DNA from: Gemmatales bacterium
GTDB taxonomy: Bacteria; Planctomycetota; Planctomycetia; Gemmatales; HRBIN36
Reading direction: 5' to 3'
Length of the DNA: 64,000 nucleotides
Assembly (NCBI GenBank): GCA_041640595.1
Contig: JBEPZY010000003.1
Location: 244,773 to 308,772, forward strand
Shown: piece by piece, positions 29,719 through 40,903 of the stretch
Numbering within the stretch: position 1 is the stretch's first letter
How the letters are laid out: each line of letters opens with the position of its first letter
Position numbers and translations under genes: made by a program
Notes under the pieces: model-generated
Seen by the model: the letters and a program-made list of their open reading frames with translations, nothing else
Databases searched by the model: none
Told to the model about the DNA's origin: nothing

Positions 29719-32301
29719 CTAGACGTCGAGGTTGCGGACTTCGAGGGCGTGTTTCTCGATGAACTCGCGGCGGGGCTCGACCTGGTCGCCCATGAGGATG
29801 CGGAACATTTCGTCGGCCTTCATAGCGTCGGAGAGTTGCACTTTCAGCAACGTTCGCCGGGCCGGGTCCAGCGTGGTTTCCCAGAGTTCCTCCGGGTTCA
29901 TTTCGCCGAGGCCTTTGAAGCGTGTGATGGTGCGACCTTTTTCGCCGAGTTGCCGAATGCGTGCGGGCAAATCACGTAAGTGCAACAGTGGCTCGGAGCG
30001 GCTGTCGGTATCGAGGAAGAATCGCGGCGGCGGTTCCTGCCCGGCAACGGACCTCGGTGGCACGAGACAGTCCGCATCCAGACTCAACTGGCGCAACTTT
30101 TCCAGGTTGCGGGCCAGCGGTTTCACCTCGTGCAATTCCTGAACCTCGATCGCTTCCTGCCCGCCGCTGGGCAGGTCGTCGGCCACTTCGAGCTCCTGCC
30201 CACGCCGATCTTTTTCTGCCCGAACGAAGGCTTCCACCTCGGCCGGTGTGTAAAACCAGTGCTCCCGAGTGCCGACCACGACACGGAATTGTGGAAGCAG
30301 GTAACCGGCCTCCGTCTTTTGCGCTCGCTCAAGCAACACCGGCAGGCTGAACCCACGCCGTTCGAGAATCCGCATTGCTTCCTCAAGCTGGCCCAGCACT
30401 TCGACCAGTTGCCGCAAGCTCTCCCCCTCAAACACGCGCGGTGGGTCGAGCTGGCGGAGCCGGGCTCCTTTCAAACCTCGTTCGAGCAGGTCGCGATTCA
30501 TTTCCTCCTGCGTTTGCACATACCGTACCTGGTTGCGTTCGGTGATCTTGTAAAGCGGAGGCTGGGCGAGGTAAACGTGTCCTTCTGCCACCAGTCGCGG
30601 CATTTGCCGATAAAAGAAGGTCAACAGCAGCGTGCGAATGTGGCTGCCGTCCACGTCGGCATCGGTGAGGATGATGATACGTTCGTAGTTGCGTTTGCTG
30701 ACGTCCTGGTCTTCGCCGATGTCCGTACCGACGGCGGCGATGATGCTGCAGATTTCGTCGTTGGAGAGCATTTTCTCGATGCGTGCTTTCTCGACGTTGA
30801 GGATTTTGCCTCGCAACGGCAGAATCGCCTGGAAAACACGATCTCGCCCGCCGTCAGCCGATCCGCCCGCGGAGTCTCCTTCGACCAGGAAGAGTTCGCA
30901 CTCATCACGATCCTTGGAAGTGCAATCCATGAGTTTGCCGGGCAGACCGTTGCTATTGAGGATATTTTTCCTCTCCTTGAGCTGTTTTCTGGCGCGGGCT
31001 GCGGCTTCCCGTGCCTCTGCGGTCAGGGCTACCCGCTGCACGATCTTTTTCGCCACCTGCGGGTTCTCTTCCAGGAACCGGCTGAGATGTTCATTGACCA
31101 CGCTGGTTACAATGCCTTCCACTTCGGGATTGTTGAGGCGGACCTTGGTCTGGCTCTCAAACTGCGGATGAGCCACGCGCACACTGACGATGGCCGTCAG
31201 CCCTTCTCGGAAATCCTCGCCAGTCAGGCTCAGTCCTTCCTTGAGCAGGTTTTCCCGGCCGGCGTAGAAATTCACCGTTCGCGTCAGGGCCGAGCGGAAC
31301 CCCGTCAGATGCGTTCCGCCCAGCGGCGTATGCACGTTGTTGACGTAGGAATGGACGCGTTCCTCCTCGCCGGATGTGTACTGGAACGCCACTTCTACCC
31401 ACACTCCCTCCCGAACCTCGTGGATGTAGATCGGCTTATGCAGTGTGGTTTCGCCGCGGTTCAGCCACTCCACGAACTCCACAATCCCGCCGTCGTAGCG
31501 GTACACTTCCTCCCGACCGTCCCGCTCGTCGGTGAGTTTGATAGTCAAGCCTTTGTTGAGGAAAGCCAGTTCCCGGAGCCGGCTGGCCAGCGTTTCAAAG
31601 TCCACGCTCAACTGGCCAAAAATTTCCGGGTCCGGCTTGAAGGTAATGCGTGTACCAGTACGCCGGCTGACACCGATTTCCCGCACCTCGCTGACGGGTA
31701 CGCCCCGCTCGTAGTCCTGCTGGAACACCTTACCGTCGCGGCGAACCTCCACTTCCAGCCATTCGCTCAGGGCGTTCACTGCCTTGACGCCGATGCCATG
31801 CAGGCCTGCGGACATGGCGTAAACGTCCTTTTTGAACTTTCCCCCCGCGCCAACCTCACACATCACCAGTTCGAGCGTGTTGCGGCCCTCCGTTGGATGC
31901 ATGCCGACCGGGATGCCCCGTCCGTCATCGGCGACGGTTACACTGCCGTCCACGCCGATCTTGACATGGATGTTTTTGCAGTAGCCAGCCATGGCCTCGT
32001 CCACGCTGTTGTGCACCAGCTCATAGACGAGGTGGTGCAAACCACGCGGCCCGACGTCGCCGATGTACATACCGGGATTGGCGCGGACGTGCGCAGCGTT
32101 TTTGAGCACCTGAATGTTGGCGGCGGTGTAGCCACCATCTCCAGCGTGCAACTGCTCCTGGCCGTCCGCGTGTTCTGCAACACCAGCCGAATCCGCAGAC
32201 TGCTCCGAATCCCGCGTCGCATCTTGCACACTCGCAGACGCAGCGCGTTCCTGCACCGCAAGCGTTTCCGAATCGTCCATTCGCATCCGTTTTTCGTCCA
32301 T
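29719..32301 (-). CDS. gyrB: DNA gyrase subunit B (with TOPRIM insertion)
   Basis: PGMYIG, ELVHNSVDE, DDGRGIP, GLHGIG, VEGDSAGGSA, PLRGKILN, DADVDGSHI, RFKGLGEMN. Confidence 0.96.
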   Translation of the reverse strand: MDEKRMRMDDSETLAVQERAASASVQDATRDSEQSADSAGVAEHADGQEQLHAGDGGYTAANIQVLKNAAHVRANPGMYIGDVGPRGLHHLVYELVHNSVDEAMAGYCKNIHVKIGVDGSVTVADDGRGIPVGMHPTEGRNTLELVMCEVGAGGKFKKDVYAMSAGLHGIGVKAVNALSEWLEVEVRRDGKVFQQDYERGVPVSEVREIGVSRRTGTRITFKPDPEIFGQLSVDFETLASRLRELAFLNKGLTIKLTDERDGREEVYRYDGGIVEFVEWLNRGETTLHKPIYIHEVREGVWVEVAFQYTSGEEERVHSYVNNVHTPLGGTHLTGFRSALTRTVNFYAGRENLLKEGLSLTGEDFREGLTAIVSVRVAHPQFESQTKVRLNNPEVEGIVTSVVNEHLSRFLEENPQVAKKIVQRVALTAEAREAAARARKQLKERKNILNSNGLPGKLMDCTSKDRDECELFLVEGDSAGGSADGGRDRVFQAILPLRGKILNVEKARIEKMLSNDEICSIIAAVGTDIGEDQDVSKRNYERIIILTDADVDGSHIRTLLLTFFYRQMPRLVAEGHVYLAQPPLYKITERNQVRYVQTQEEMNRDLLERGLKGARLRQLDPPRVFEGESLRQLVEVLGQLEEAMRILERRGFSLPVLLERAQKTEAGYLLPQFRVVVGTREHWFYTPAEVEAFVRAEKDRRGQELEVADDLPSGGQEAIEVQELHEVKPLARNLEKLRQLSLDADCLVPPRSVAGQEPPPRFFLDTDSRSEPLLHLRDLPARIRQLGEKGRTITRFKGLGEMNPEELWETTLDPARRTLLKVQLSDAMKADEMFRILMGDQVEPRREFIEKHALEVRNLDV

Positions 32302-32456
32302 GGCTCTCCTGCCCAGAAGGTTTGTCGTATCCGTGTGGCCGGGTCTATCCCCGACCGGTCGGTTTCAGTTGGCCACAACCCGATGCGTGCCTGGCTTATC
32401 GAGTCGGGAACCCTGGGCTTATTCGGGCAACCGCACCGTGACCGTCGCGGTGCCCG

Positions 32457-32813
32457 TCAGCCCAGCCGAAATCGCAAGCGCGTTACCAGGCCCGGCCCCA
32501 GTTCTTCCTGCAATCGTTCCAGCAGCCGCACCGCCTCAAACTGTGCCAGCCGGTGCAGCAACGCGGCATCGGAAGCGATGATTTCCAGCACACCCCTTCG
32601 CCAGGCACCGAGACGCAATTTCTGAGCCTGCTCTGCTCCCACAATTTCGACCCACGCCGATTCCAGACGCCGACGGGCCTCCACTCGCCGCAGACCGCGA
32701 CGCCAGATCACCTCGGCGACCGCTTCTGCCAGGGGCACGGGGCCGGTCTGCCCGGAACCATCCCCTTCGTACCCGCAGCCTCGGCTGGGCCGCACTTGTT
32801 CTTTCGCCATCAC
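32457..32813 (-). CDS. DUF721/DciA-family protein
   Basis: W.EIVG..A..GVLEIIASD..L..L..LRFRLG; position between dnaN and gyrB. Confidence 0.8.
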   Translation of the reverse strand: MMAKEQVRPSRGCGYEGDGSGQTGPVPLAEAVAEVIWRRGLRRVEARRRLESAWVEIVGAEQAQKLRLGAWRRGVLEIIASDAALLHRLAQFEAVRLLERLQEELGPGLVTRLRFRLG

Positions 32814-33931
32814 GCACCCTCTCGTGCCATGGGCATGACCACGTACAGATAATCGCTCCCGGCACGAAAAGCCGCCGCCTTCTCCCGTCCCTGATACTCG
32901 AAGACGACCTCCTGGTCGGCATCCAGCACCGACAGCATCTCCACCAGGAAACGTGGATTGAATCGCACCTCCAGCTTCTCACCGGCGTACTCAATCGGCA
33001 ACTGCACCTTGGCCCGACCACCGCGATCCTGCGAGCTGGCCTCAAGCACCAGCTTGTTTCGCTGGAATGTCAGGTCCACGCCATGCCCACGCTCCGGATC
33101 GGCAACAACTGCCGCCTGCTTCACCGCCGCCAGCAAAGGCCCTGCCGTCAGGGTTACCTTCGCAGTCACGTTCTTGGGAATCACTTCCCGATACGGCGGG
33201 AATCGGCCTTCGACCAGCCGCGCGTGCAACACCAACCGCGAGGTTCGGAACAGGCAATCCTGCTGCCGCAGGCGAACGAAAACCGGCTCACCAGGATCGC
33301 CAAGGTTGCGTTCGAGAATGGTCATTGCCCGTGTCGGCACCACCGGACTTCCCTGGCTCGCATGAGCACCATGCCGAATCGCAACCCCATCAGCTATTGC
33401 CAACCTTCGGCCGTCCGTAGCAACAAGCCGCACCTTTTCCCCGTCCAGCTCCCAGAGCACCCCATTCATCGCATACCGAAAACTCTCCTGAGCCGTGGCG
33501 AAAACCACTCGTTCGATCAACCGCCGCAGAGCATCGGCCTGCACCTGATGACTGTCGCCTTCTTCAAACCCCGCTACTTCGGGATACAGTTGCGGATCCT
33601 CAGCCGGCAACTCATATTCGCTGTACTCGCCGGAAATCCGCACACTGCTGTCGCCGCTCTCCAGCACCACTTCCTCATCGGTCAACGCACGCAGCATCTG
33701 CACCAGTTGCGCCGCGGGAATCAGCACATCTCCCGCCTCGTCCACACGGACACTGCGAAGCTCCATCGTCAGGCCGATCGTCTCCAGATCGGTCGCCTGC
33801 AGCCGGGCGCCGTTCTCTTCGACGATCAGTCGCAGGTTCTCCAGAATCGGCCGCGGTGAGCGGCTTGGCACCACCGAATTGACGATGTTGGCTGCTTGCA
33901 GTAACGCTTCGCGGTCGAATGTTGCCTTCAC
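32810..33931 (-). CDS. dnaN: DNA polymerase III beta sliding clamp
   Basis: RPILEN, ATDLE, RYAMNGV, VATDGRRLA, RLVEGRFPPY, FNPRFL, YVVMPM. Confidence 0.96.
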   Translation of the reverse strand: MKATFDREALLQAANIVNSVVPSRSPRPILENLRLIVEENGARLQATDLETIGLTMELRSVRVDEAGDVLIPAAQLVQMLRALTDEEVVLESGDSSVRISGEYSEYELPAEDPQLYPEVAGFEEGDSHQVQADALRRLIERVVFATAQESFRYAMNGVLWELDGEKVRLVATDGRRLAIADGVAIRHGAHASQGSPVVPTRAMTILERNLGDPGEPVFVRLRQQDCLFRTSRLVLHARLVEGRFPPYREVIPKNVTAKVTLTAGPLLAAVKQAAVVADPERGHGVDLTFQRNKLVLEASSQDRGGRAKVQLPIEYAGEKLEVRFNPRFLVEMLSVLDADQEVVFEYQGREKAAAFRAGSDYLYVVMPMAREGA

Positions 33932-34722
33932 GATCCCGTGTCTCCGTTGATGTTAGAGATTCATTCAGCCATCCAGAGGCTCAGCAGCGCAGATGCGCCG
34001 AGAAGTTCCGGCTTCTGTTGGTGAAGATGCGAAAGTGGTCTTCGGGCCGCCGATTAGTGCGTTCGGCAGTGTGCACGGCGCGGTCGGTAACGGCGTGGAT
34101 GGGCGTGGAAAGTAGCTAACAGCTGCAGGCCTGACCGGTACCGGGGGCAGCTGTGCACACTCTCCAACACTCAGGCCACGCCAGGAGCAACCGTGCTGTG
34201 CATGCTGAGGCCGGAGTTTGGACATTGCGGGTAGAGCTTTCATAAGCCAATACTATTTTACGAAACGGACGCCGCTGGGAAAAGGCGTGATTTCTGGGCG
34301 TAAGCTGTTCCGTGACAGTAACTTGCGTCTCGAATGTGCGGGAATTGGACGGCGTGTGTGGGTGGATTTGCGTTGACGGAACGGGCGGGTTCACGCGGCG
34401 GGGTGGGGGCAAATGTTTCGGCGTGCGAAACGGTTGCGGCCGGGAACGGTGCATCAGGCGACTGGTCGCGTGGGGGACACAGGGGCGGCGTGGGTCAGCT
34501 TTCGGGCGGGGAAACGGCGACGGTAGCAGGCTCTCGCGCCAGCGTTTCGGTTGGTGAACGGTGTAAGGGCGGGGCTTCGCGGCGAAGGAGCGGGTGCTGG
34601 CTCGCGGAGACGAGGTTCCTGTAAGATTACACGGTAGCCTGTAGGGCAGAACTTTGCTCGCTGGACAGGGCGACGAACCGCAAAGACCTGCGGGGTCTGC
34701 CTCGCCGCTGCGGGGACTGGGA

Positions 34723-35130
34723 ATGATCGGGCAGCAGTATCGGCCAGTGGCATTACGCCGCACAGGGACAATCGGTGTCGAGATTGATTGGAGCGACGGG
34801 CACCGCAGCGAGTACACCTGGCGATGGCTGCGGGAAAACTGTCCCTGCGCCAATTGCCGTCAGCAACGGGAAGGTGCACAGCAGCAGGTCTTACCGACCG
34901 GGCAAGGCGCACCTTCGCCAACCGGCGGCAAAATCTCCCTGGCCGTGGTCGGGCCGGGTCAGGTAGGAGGTAATCCTTTCGAGGCTGTGTCGGTTACTCC
35001 AGTTGGCCGATACGCTTACAAGATCGTCTGGGCCGACGGGCACGACACCGGCATCTACAGCTTTGAGTTGCTGCGCCAGCTATGCCAGTGTAGCGATTGC
35101 CGTGCGCGAAAGCAGGTCAGCGCGAAGTAA
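34723..35130 (+). CDS. DUF971 / GBBH-like N-terminal domain protein
   Basis: IDWSDGH..LRENCPCANC..VGRYAYKIVWADGHDTGIYSFELL. Confidence 0.88.
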   Translation: MIGQQYRPVALRRTGTIGVEIDWSDGHRSEYTWRWLRENCPCANCRQQREGAQQQVLPTGQGAPSPTGGKISLAVVGPGQVGGNPFEAVSVTPVGRYAYKIVWADGHDTGIYSFELLRQLCQCSDCRARKQVSAK

Positions 35131-35375
35131 GTCCTTCCGTCGGCGTGACGGCATCAAGGCGGGATGTGGAAATTGGCGAAGGCTTCCGTCGAGGCTATGG
35201 TGTCGGTTGCGGGCAGCTCGAATCGGCGCGACTGTTGCGTAAACTACCTCAGAGTCCCGGTGTGAGCCTGGTGGCGAAGTGCGGGACCTTGCGGATTCGA
35301 GAGCGGCAGGTTCGCATCGTCGGTGCGTTTCCTGCTGGAGCAGATGCAATAAACCCATTCGGGAAGGAGCGCGAT

Positions 35376-36194
35376 ATGTCTATGCCGGGAATGGCGGCAC
35401 GCAAGATCGTGCTGCCGGGCGTGAGCTATACACTGGCTGTCGCCAGCGGCAAAGGGGGCGTGGGCAAGTCCACGGTCGCGGTGAACCTGGCCCTGGCACT
35501 AAGGCAGAAGGGTAAGCGGGTCGGCTTGCTCGACGCGGACATCTACGGCCCCAGTGTCCCCATGATGCTCGGGCTGGGCACAGTGGATCCGCGGCTGGCA
35601 ACGTTTCCGCTGGAAAAGTTCGGCATGAAGGTGATGTCCATGGGCTTCCTCGTCCCGCCGGATCGCGCTGTGATCTGGCGGGGACCGATGGTGCATAAAG
35701 CGGTGGAGCAGTTTCTCAGCGACATTGACTGGGGGGAGCTCGATTTTCTGGTGGTGGACTTGCCACCAGGAACAGGCGATGCCCAGCTCACGCTGACCCA
35801 GTCGGCACCGCTCACCGGCGCGATCATCGTAACGACGCCGCAGGATGTCAGCCTCATTGATGCACGCAAGGGTTTGCGCATGTTTCAGGAGGTACGTGTC
35901 CCGGTGTTGGGCATCGTCGAGAACATGAGCTACTTCATCTGTCCCAAATGCGGCGAGCGGTGGGAAATCTTCCGACACGGCGGCGGACAGCGGTGCGCTG
36001 CGGAACTGGGTGTCCCGTTTCTGGGAGCGATTCCGATCGATCCAACGGTGGCGGTGCAGGGTGATAGCGGCGTGCCCATTGTGGAAAGCCATCCTGACTC
36101 CGAGGTGGCTCGCGTCTATCACGAACTGGCTGACCGGGTCATCGCCGCCGCAGCTTCAGCGAAAGAACAGGAATCGCCCTTGCCGTCACTCTAG
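35376..36194 (+). CDS. mrp: Mrp/NBP35 Fe-S cluster carrier ATPase
   Basis: SGKGGVGKST, DADIYGPS, WRGPM, DLPPGTGD, TTPQ, ENMS..CPKC. Confidence 0.93.
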   Translation: MSMPGMAARKIVLPGVSYTLAVASGKGGVGKSTVAVNLALALRQKGKRVGLLDADIYGPSVPMMLGLGTVDPRLATFPLEKFGMKVMSMGFLVPPDRAVIWRGPMVHKAVEQFLSDIDWGELDFLVVDLPPGTGDAQLTLTQSAPLTGAIIVTTPQDVSLIDARKGLRMFQEVRVPVLGIVENMSYFICPKCGERWEIFRHGGGQRCAAELGVPFLGAIPIDPTVAVQGDSGVPIVESHPDSEVARVYHELADRVIAAAASAKEQESPLPSL

Positions 36195-36398
36195 CGGCAA
36201 CCGACCACGCTGCGAGGGATGGTTGTGCACAACGGAGCCGCTCGATCCCCGGACAAGGGATCGATCTGGGCTATCCCAGGTACGGTTTCTGAACATGGTC
36301 GATTCGCTGGATTTCGGCCTGACACCAGAGCCCAGCCCTGGGCTTGTTGATGTTACACCGGGAAGAAGCGCAGGTAGTGAACGGCTGGAAGGGCACGG

Positions 36399-36797
36399 TT
36401 ACCATTGCTTGAGTTCCCACCAGCCCCAGAACAGGGTCGTCAGGGCGACCAGCCACAATGCCCAGAAACACACCCGAGCGAAAACTCCAGAAACAGGTTC
36501 GAACACGGGCCAGATGACCTGGTCCGCCAGGGCGATAAGTGCAGCACCTGCGGTCATCTTGGCCTGGGCGGTTTGCCACCAGGGTCGGTGTTCGATGCCG
36601 ACGCGGCGAAGGTAAACGTAGGCACTTTCGACTTCGGGTGCTTCGACCCGTTCGCGTTGGTGGTAAATAGCCGCGGCGATAGCAGCTTGTTCCAGGGCCT
36701 GTTCAACCAGACCGATCAGGGCGTGCTTCCTCTGTATGGCCTGGCGTGACCATCGCACCCGCGACGGCTGGTCTGACGAAGCGCTAGCCCGACTCAT
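36399..36797 (-). CDS. Hypothetical membrane protein
   Basis: 132 aa, two C-terminal hydrophobic helices, 3 bp from the upstream gene. Confidence 0.55.
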   Translation of the reverse strand: MSRASASSDQPSRVRWSRQAIQRKHALIGLVEQALEQAAIAAAIYHQRERVEAPEVESAYVYLRRVGIEHRPWWQTAQAKMTAGAALIALADQVIWPVFEPVSGVFARVCFWALWLVALTTLFWGWWELKQW

Positions 36798-36800
36798 ACG

Positions 36801-37151
36801 CTATTCCTGAGGAGTGCAAGCAGGTTCGGAAGAGGAGGCCAGGTATGTCTCCATCTGATTCAGAAACGGTTGAATCACGTCGGCATGTTCGGGGTGGGAT
36901 TCGACGTAGAGTTTGAGCGCATCTTCGAGCACTCGTGCAGCCCGCCGGGCATGTTCCAATCGCACCAGCGGACGAGGTGTGGTTGCGCGGGAGAAGGACT
37001 GGTCTTCGAGGGCGAACTTCGCGGCAAGCTCGGTGATCAGTTCGTCGAGTTGCCTGGGGAGCCAGTCAAACACCCGAAGCGCGTCGCCAGAGATGTCGAA
37101 GTCGGTGGGCAGTTCTAGCTTCGTCGGCGGCATGGTTGCGGCTCCGCTCAT
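36801..37151 (-). CDS. Hypothetical protein
   Basis: 116 aa, coupled to the upstream gene, protein-like composition. Confidence 0.55.
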   Translation of the reverse strand: MSGAATMPPTKLELPTDFDISGDALRVFDWLPRQLDELITELAAKFALEDQSFSRATTPRPLVRLEHARRAARVLEDALKLYVESHPEHADVIQPFLNQMETYLASSSEPACTPQE

Positions 37152-38095
37152 TTAGCTTCCAGTTTCGGCATGGACGGGCGCTCGCTGCTGACATGGGAAC
37201 GGTACTTGGTTTCCTGTTTGATCTCCATAGTGGAAGTGGGTTCGGCATCGGCGGGTTTGCCGGCGGCAAGTACCAGCACCACGCGAAGACGGTAGCTGGA
37301 ATTAAGTTCGCTCCGGGCGAGCCGGCCGGCCTCACGGTCAAACCACAGCGTGCCTTTCCAGTCCTGTTCGAGGATTTCGCCTTTGCTCACCTGCACAGGC
37401 AAATCCCCGGCGGCTTTCGGCAGCGTGTAGGTCGCGGTCGCGGTCGAACGGATGCGGTCCAGGACTTTTCCTTCCACGGTTTCCGTACCATCGTAGGTCA
37501 GCTTCTGGCGGAGATTGAAAGTGCCGAGAGGCCCGGCGGGGATGGTGAACTGTCGTTCCCACTGGTCGCCGGGCTTGACTGGCTTGTCCGGCAGGAAATT
37601 GAACTCGCCCTGAATCTGCTCGCGCAGCGAGGCTTCGCTCACCATTTCCTGCAAAACTTTCCCCGCCACGGGGTCGTCGGCGCCGATTTTCTTGAGCAGT
37701 TCCTGATGCCCTTCCAGCTTGGTAATCTTGAAGCTGCGGTCCATGTGCACTTTCAGCTTGATGCCGCGCATCTGCGCGAAAATGCTGCCGAGCAGGTCAC
37801 GGTTATCGGTGGCCACGTCTTCTACGGTGTGTTCCAGCACATAGCCGTTCGGAGATGCTTCGAGAACCTGATAGCGATAGAGCATCACCACGCGCATGCG
37901 CTGGGAAACAGTCTGGTCTTTGAGGGTCGTGTCGCTCCTGGCTTCGGTGTCGGTAAGGAGATAAAAGACTTCTCCGGGGCGGAGTTTCCAGTTCAGGGAG
38001 ACTTCCTGAGCAGGCACAGGTGCAGCGACGCACACCAGCCCGACACAGACCAGCCAACCCGTCCCCACCAACCGGCGAATGGCAAAGCGCGACAT
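37148..38095 (-). CDS. Secreted hypothetical protein (DUF6263-like)
   Basis: Signal peptide; LNWKLRPGE, LPDKPVKPGDQW, GTLWFDREAGRL; GGAGG RBS. Confidence 0.65.
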   Translation of the reverse strand: MSRFAIRRLVGTGWLVCVGLVCVAAPVPAQEVSLNWKLRPGEVFYLLTDTEARSDTTLKDQTVSQRMRVVMLYRYQVLEASPNGYVLEHTVEDVATDNRDLLGSIFAQMRGIKLKVHMDRSFKITKLEGHQELLKKIGADDPVAGKVLQEMVSEASLREQIQGEFNFLPDKPVKPGDQWERQFTIPAGPLGTFNLRQKLTYDGTETVEGKVLDRIRSTATATYTLPKAAGDLPVQVSKGEILEQDWKGTLWFDREAGRLARSELNSSYRLRVVLVLAAGKPADAEPTSTMEIKQETKYRSHVSSERPSMPKLEAK

Positions 38096-38770
38096 ACGTT
38101 CCTCCTCCTGTGCGCGAAGGTGATAGTGGTACGCCACTGGATTTGGCAAGTGTGGCGAAGCTCGCAGCAATCGCCGACATTGTAACGTTTCGCCCCAGCA
38201 TGACCAGCCTGAGTCGCGGCAGCGCTGGGGTTAAGCGTAAGGCTCGGCAGCAAAAACGAATCCGCAGGCAGCCCAGTTCGTATCGGCTTACCCGAACCGA
38301 GCAACATCGCCTGGAGTATCGCACCGGCCTTTTCGACAGCCAGCTGGCCGCAGGCAGAACCAAGGCAGCGAAAGAACGTTCGAGCATCGCACCGGGTGCT
38401 TGGCTAGCTCGCAATTGCATGCGATTTATCGTGCCTTGCCTATGGTGCCGTTCTTTTGGACCGCCGACAGTGGCGGCGAGACAAGCTGCGTGAGTCAATG
38501 CTGCGAATTTCGGTGGGGCAAGTGCGAAGTAACTAATGGGTCGAGCCGATCGGCTCGCCGCATTATGCGGGGGAGCAAGGGGCAAGCGGCTGTCCGCTAC
38601 AATGATGGCAGAGCGAACAGGCCAACGTGTCCCAATGGCGGAGGATGTGAATCACGGCTGCCTTGCCCATACGGGGGGACTCGTTGCACCGCAGGGTGGC
38701 GTGATCGGTCAGAGGGGGAATAAAGCTTCCGCGGGGCTGCCAGCCAAAGCAGGTAGGCGAGGAGTTAGCC

Positions 38771-39334
38771 ATGTCCGAACCGATACGTGAACCGCCAGAC
38801 GAGCACCGAGACAAACCGCAACCCGAACCGACCGATGGGCAGGAAGTTCCAGAGCAGACCGAAACACGACCCATCGAGGAGTGGCTGGCGGAGCTCGATG
38901 GTGTTTGCCAGGAGATGGCCAAGCGCCTCCCGAACGTAGAAGAGCGGCTCGATAAGTGTGAAGCACAGCTCAAGGAACATAGCGAAGCGCTGGAAACGCT
39001 GCGTACCCAGCGGCCAGCCGGGGAAGCCTCCGACCCGGTGGAAGCAATGCCCAGCCGCTGGCTGATCGCCGACATCTGGCACGATGTGCGTCTGGTAGTG
39101 CGGATGTTTCGGGATGCGCGTTATCGAGTGGCATGGACGACATCCATCATAGCGTTGGGAGCGTTGATTTATCTGCTGTTCGGGACCTGGTTGCGGAACT
39201 GGCTGGGCTGGGGTTGGAATGTGCCGGTGCTCAGCTATGTTGATATTGTGGTGGTGGCGTATCTCGGGCTGAAAGTGCTGAGCCGGGAGCTCCGCCGCTA
39301 CGAGTATTTCCTGCAGACACGGAGGGGACGATGA
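38771..39334 (+). CDS. Hypothetical coiled-coil membrane protein
   Basis: GGAG RBS, coiled-coil N-half, two TM segments, overlaps pdxJ start. Confidence 0.7.
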   Translation: MSEPIREPPDEHRDKPQPEPTDGQEVPEQTETRPIEEWLAELDGVCQEMAKRLPNVEERLDKCEAQLKEHSEALETLRTQRPAGEASDPVEAMPSRWLIADIWHDVRLVVRMFRDARYRVAWTTSIIALGALIYLLFGTWLRNWLGWGWNVPVLSYVDIVVVAYLGLKVLSRELRRYEYFLQTRRGR

Positions 39335-40065
39335 TTCGATTAGGAGTGAACATAGACCACGTGGCGACGGTTCGACAGGCACGCCGTGGCCGAGAACCGG
39401 ATCCGGTCTGGGCAGCGGTCGAGGCTCAGCTCGGCGGTGCCGACGGGATCACCGTTCACCTGCGGGAAGACCGCCGACATATCCAGGACCGCGATGTGCG
39501 TTTGCTGCGGGAGATTGTGGCGGTGCGGCTCAATCTGGAAATGAGCCTGAACGAGGAGATCGTTCGCTTCGCCTGTGAGGTGCGTCCCGACGAAGCCACG
39601 CTGGTACCGGAACGCCGGCAGGAGTTGACGACCGAAGGCGGCCTGGATGTAGTGGCACTGGAAGATCGCGTGCAGGAAGTGGTGGCACGGTTGAAGGAAC
39701 GGGGTATCCTCGTTTCGCTGTTCATCGAGGCGGATGCCCGGCAAATCGAAGCGGCACGACTGGTGGGAGCGGACGCCGTGGAATTCCACACCGGCCGTTA
39801 CGCCAACGCTGCCGATCACGAGTCGCTACGTCAGGAGCTCGACGCTCTCACGCACGCCGCACGCCGTGCTCACGAAGCCGGACTGCGGGTACACATGGGA
39901 CACGGGTTGAATTATCAGAATGTCTGCGCCATCGCGGCCATTCCGCATGTGGAAGAACTCAACATCGGGCACAGCATCGTCGCTCGCGCTATTTTCGTGG
40001 GCATGCGACAGGCTGTGCGCGAGATGAAGGAGGTGATTTGCCTGGCCGAACGGCGAGCCCGGTAG
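39331..40065 (+). CDS. pdxJ: Pyridoxine 5'-phosphate synthase
   Basis: [46 protein letters not shown]. Confidence 0.97.
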   Translation: MIRLGVNIDHVATVRQARRGREPDPVWAAVEAQLGGADGITVHLREDRRHIQDRDVRLLREIVAVRLNLEMSLNEEIVRFACEVRPDEATLVPERRQELTTEGGLDVVALEDRVQEVVARLKERGILVSLFIEADARQIEAARLVGADAVEFHTGRYANAADHESLRQELDALTHAARRAHEAGLRVHMGHGLNYQNVCAIAAIPHVEELNIGHSIVARAIFVGMRQAVREMKEVICLAERRAR

Positions 40066-40106
40066 CTCGTTCGGGCCAACCGTAAGACATGGCATCGCGG
40101 TGAAGA

Positions 40107-40889
40107 TCACCGGGTTTCCAAGGCCCGGCGTCGGGCAATGAGTGCCGCGACATAGCCGCCTTTGAACCCGCTATCAATGTTGACGACAACCACGTTGGCG
40201 GCGCAACTGTTGAGCATGCCCAGGAGCGCAGCCAATCCGCCGAACGATGCCCCATAGCCAACACTGGTAGGCACGGCAATCACCGGGCAACTCACCAGTC
40301 CGCCGACAGCGCTGGGCAACGCCCCTTCCATGCCCGCTACCACGACCAGCACGTCCATCTGCCGCAATCGTTCCAGGTGGCGGAACAGGCGATGAATACC
40401 GGCGACGCCGACATCGGCGATCAACTCGGCCTGGCATCCGAACGCGCGCACGGTCGCCAGCGCTTCGCGTGCCACCGGGAGATCGGCGGTTCCAGCCGTC
40501 ACGATGCCAACCCATCCCGCCGGGCTGGGCCGGTCAGAAACTTCACCCGGTAGCCAGAAGGTTCGCCCCAGGCGATCCTGCTCCGCCTGCGGGAAACGCT
40601 GGCGTAACAACTCCGCCTGGCTGTCATTGACACGGGTAGCCAGACAGGCCTGGCCAGCCTTCCGCAGTTCTTCGACGATCGCCACCACCTGTTCCGGTGT
40701 TTTGCCCTCGCAAAAGATCACTTCTGGAAAACCGCAGCGGCGCTGGCGGTCCATGTCCACCTGGGCAAAACCGAGATCGGCCACGGCGGTTTGGTCCAAC
40801 AGTGCCAGCGCTGCCTCGACCGTCAATTCCTGGCGGTGAAGGCGCTCGAGAATTTCCCGACGCGAAAGAGCGGTGACGGCTAGCGACAT
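40107..40889 (-). CDS. larB: Nickel pincer cofactor biosynthesis protein (PurE-like)
   Basis: RQRRCGFPEVIFCEGKT, AGTADLPVA, DVGVAGIHRL, AGMEGALPS, VPTSVGYG, VVNIDSGF. Confidence 0.92.
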   Translation of the reverse strand: MSLAVTALSRREILERLHRQELTVEAALALLDQTAVADLGFAQVDMDRQRRCGFPEVIFCEGKTPEQVVAIVEELRKAGQACLATRVNDSQAELLRQRFPQAEQDRLGRTFWLPGEVSDRPSPAGWVGIVTAGTADLPVAREALATVRAFGCQAELIADVGVAGIHRLFRHLERLRQMDVLVVVAGMEGALPSAVGGLVSCPVIAVPTSVGYGASFGGLAALLGMLNSCAANVVVVNIDSGFKGGYVAALIARRRALETR

Positions 40890-40903
40890 GGCCTGGAGCG
40901 GGG

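Noticed and set aside
29980..32625. 881-aa plus-strand ORF (likewise 45352-46821, 61421-62683, 62464-63795, 2081-2956, 37136-38185)
   Set aside because: Antisense shadows of well-supported genes in GC-rich DNA, with no recognisable motifs.
33932..34722. oriC upstream of dnaN
   Set aside because: No TTATCCACA-like box cluster or extended AT-rich unwinding element seen.
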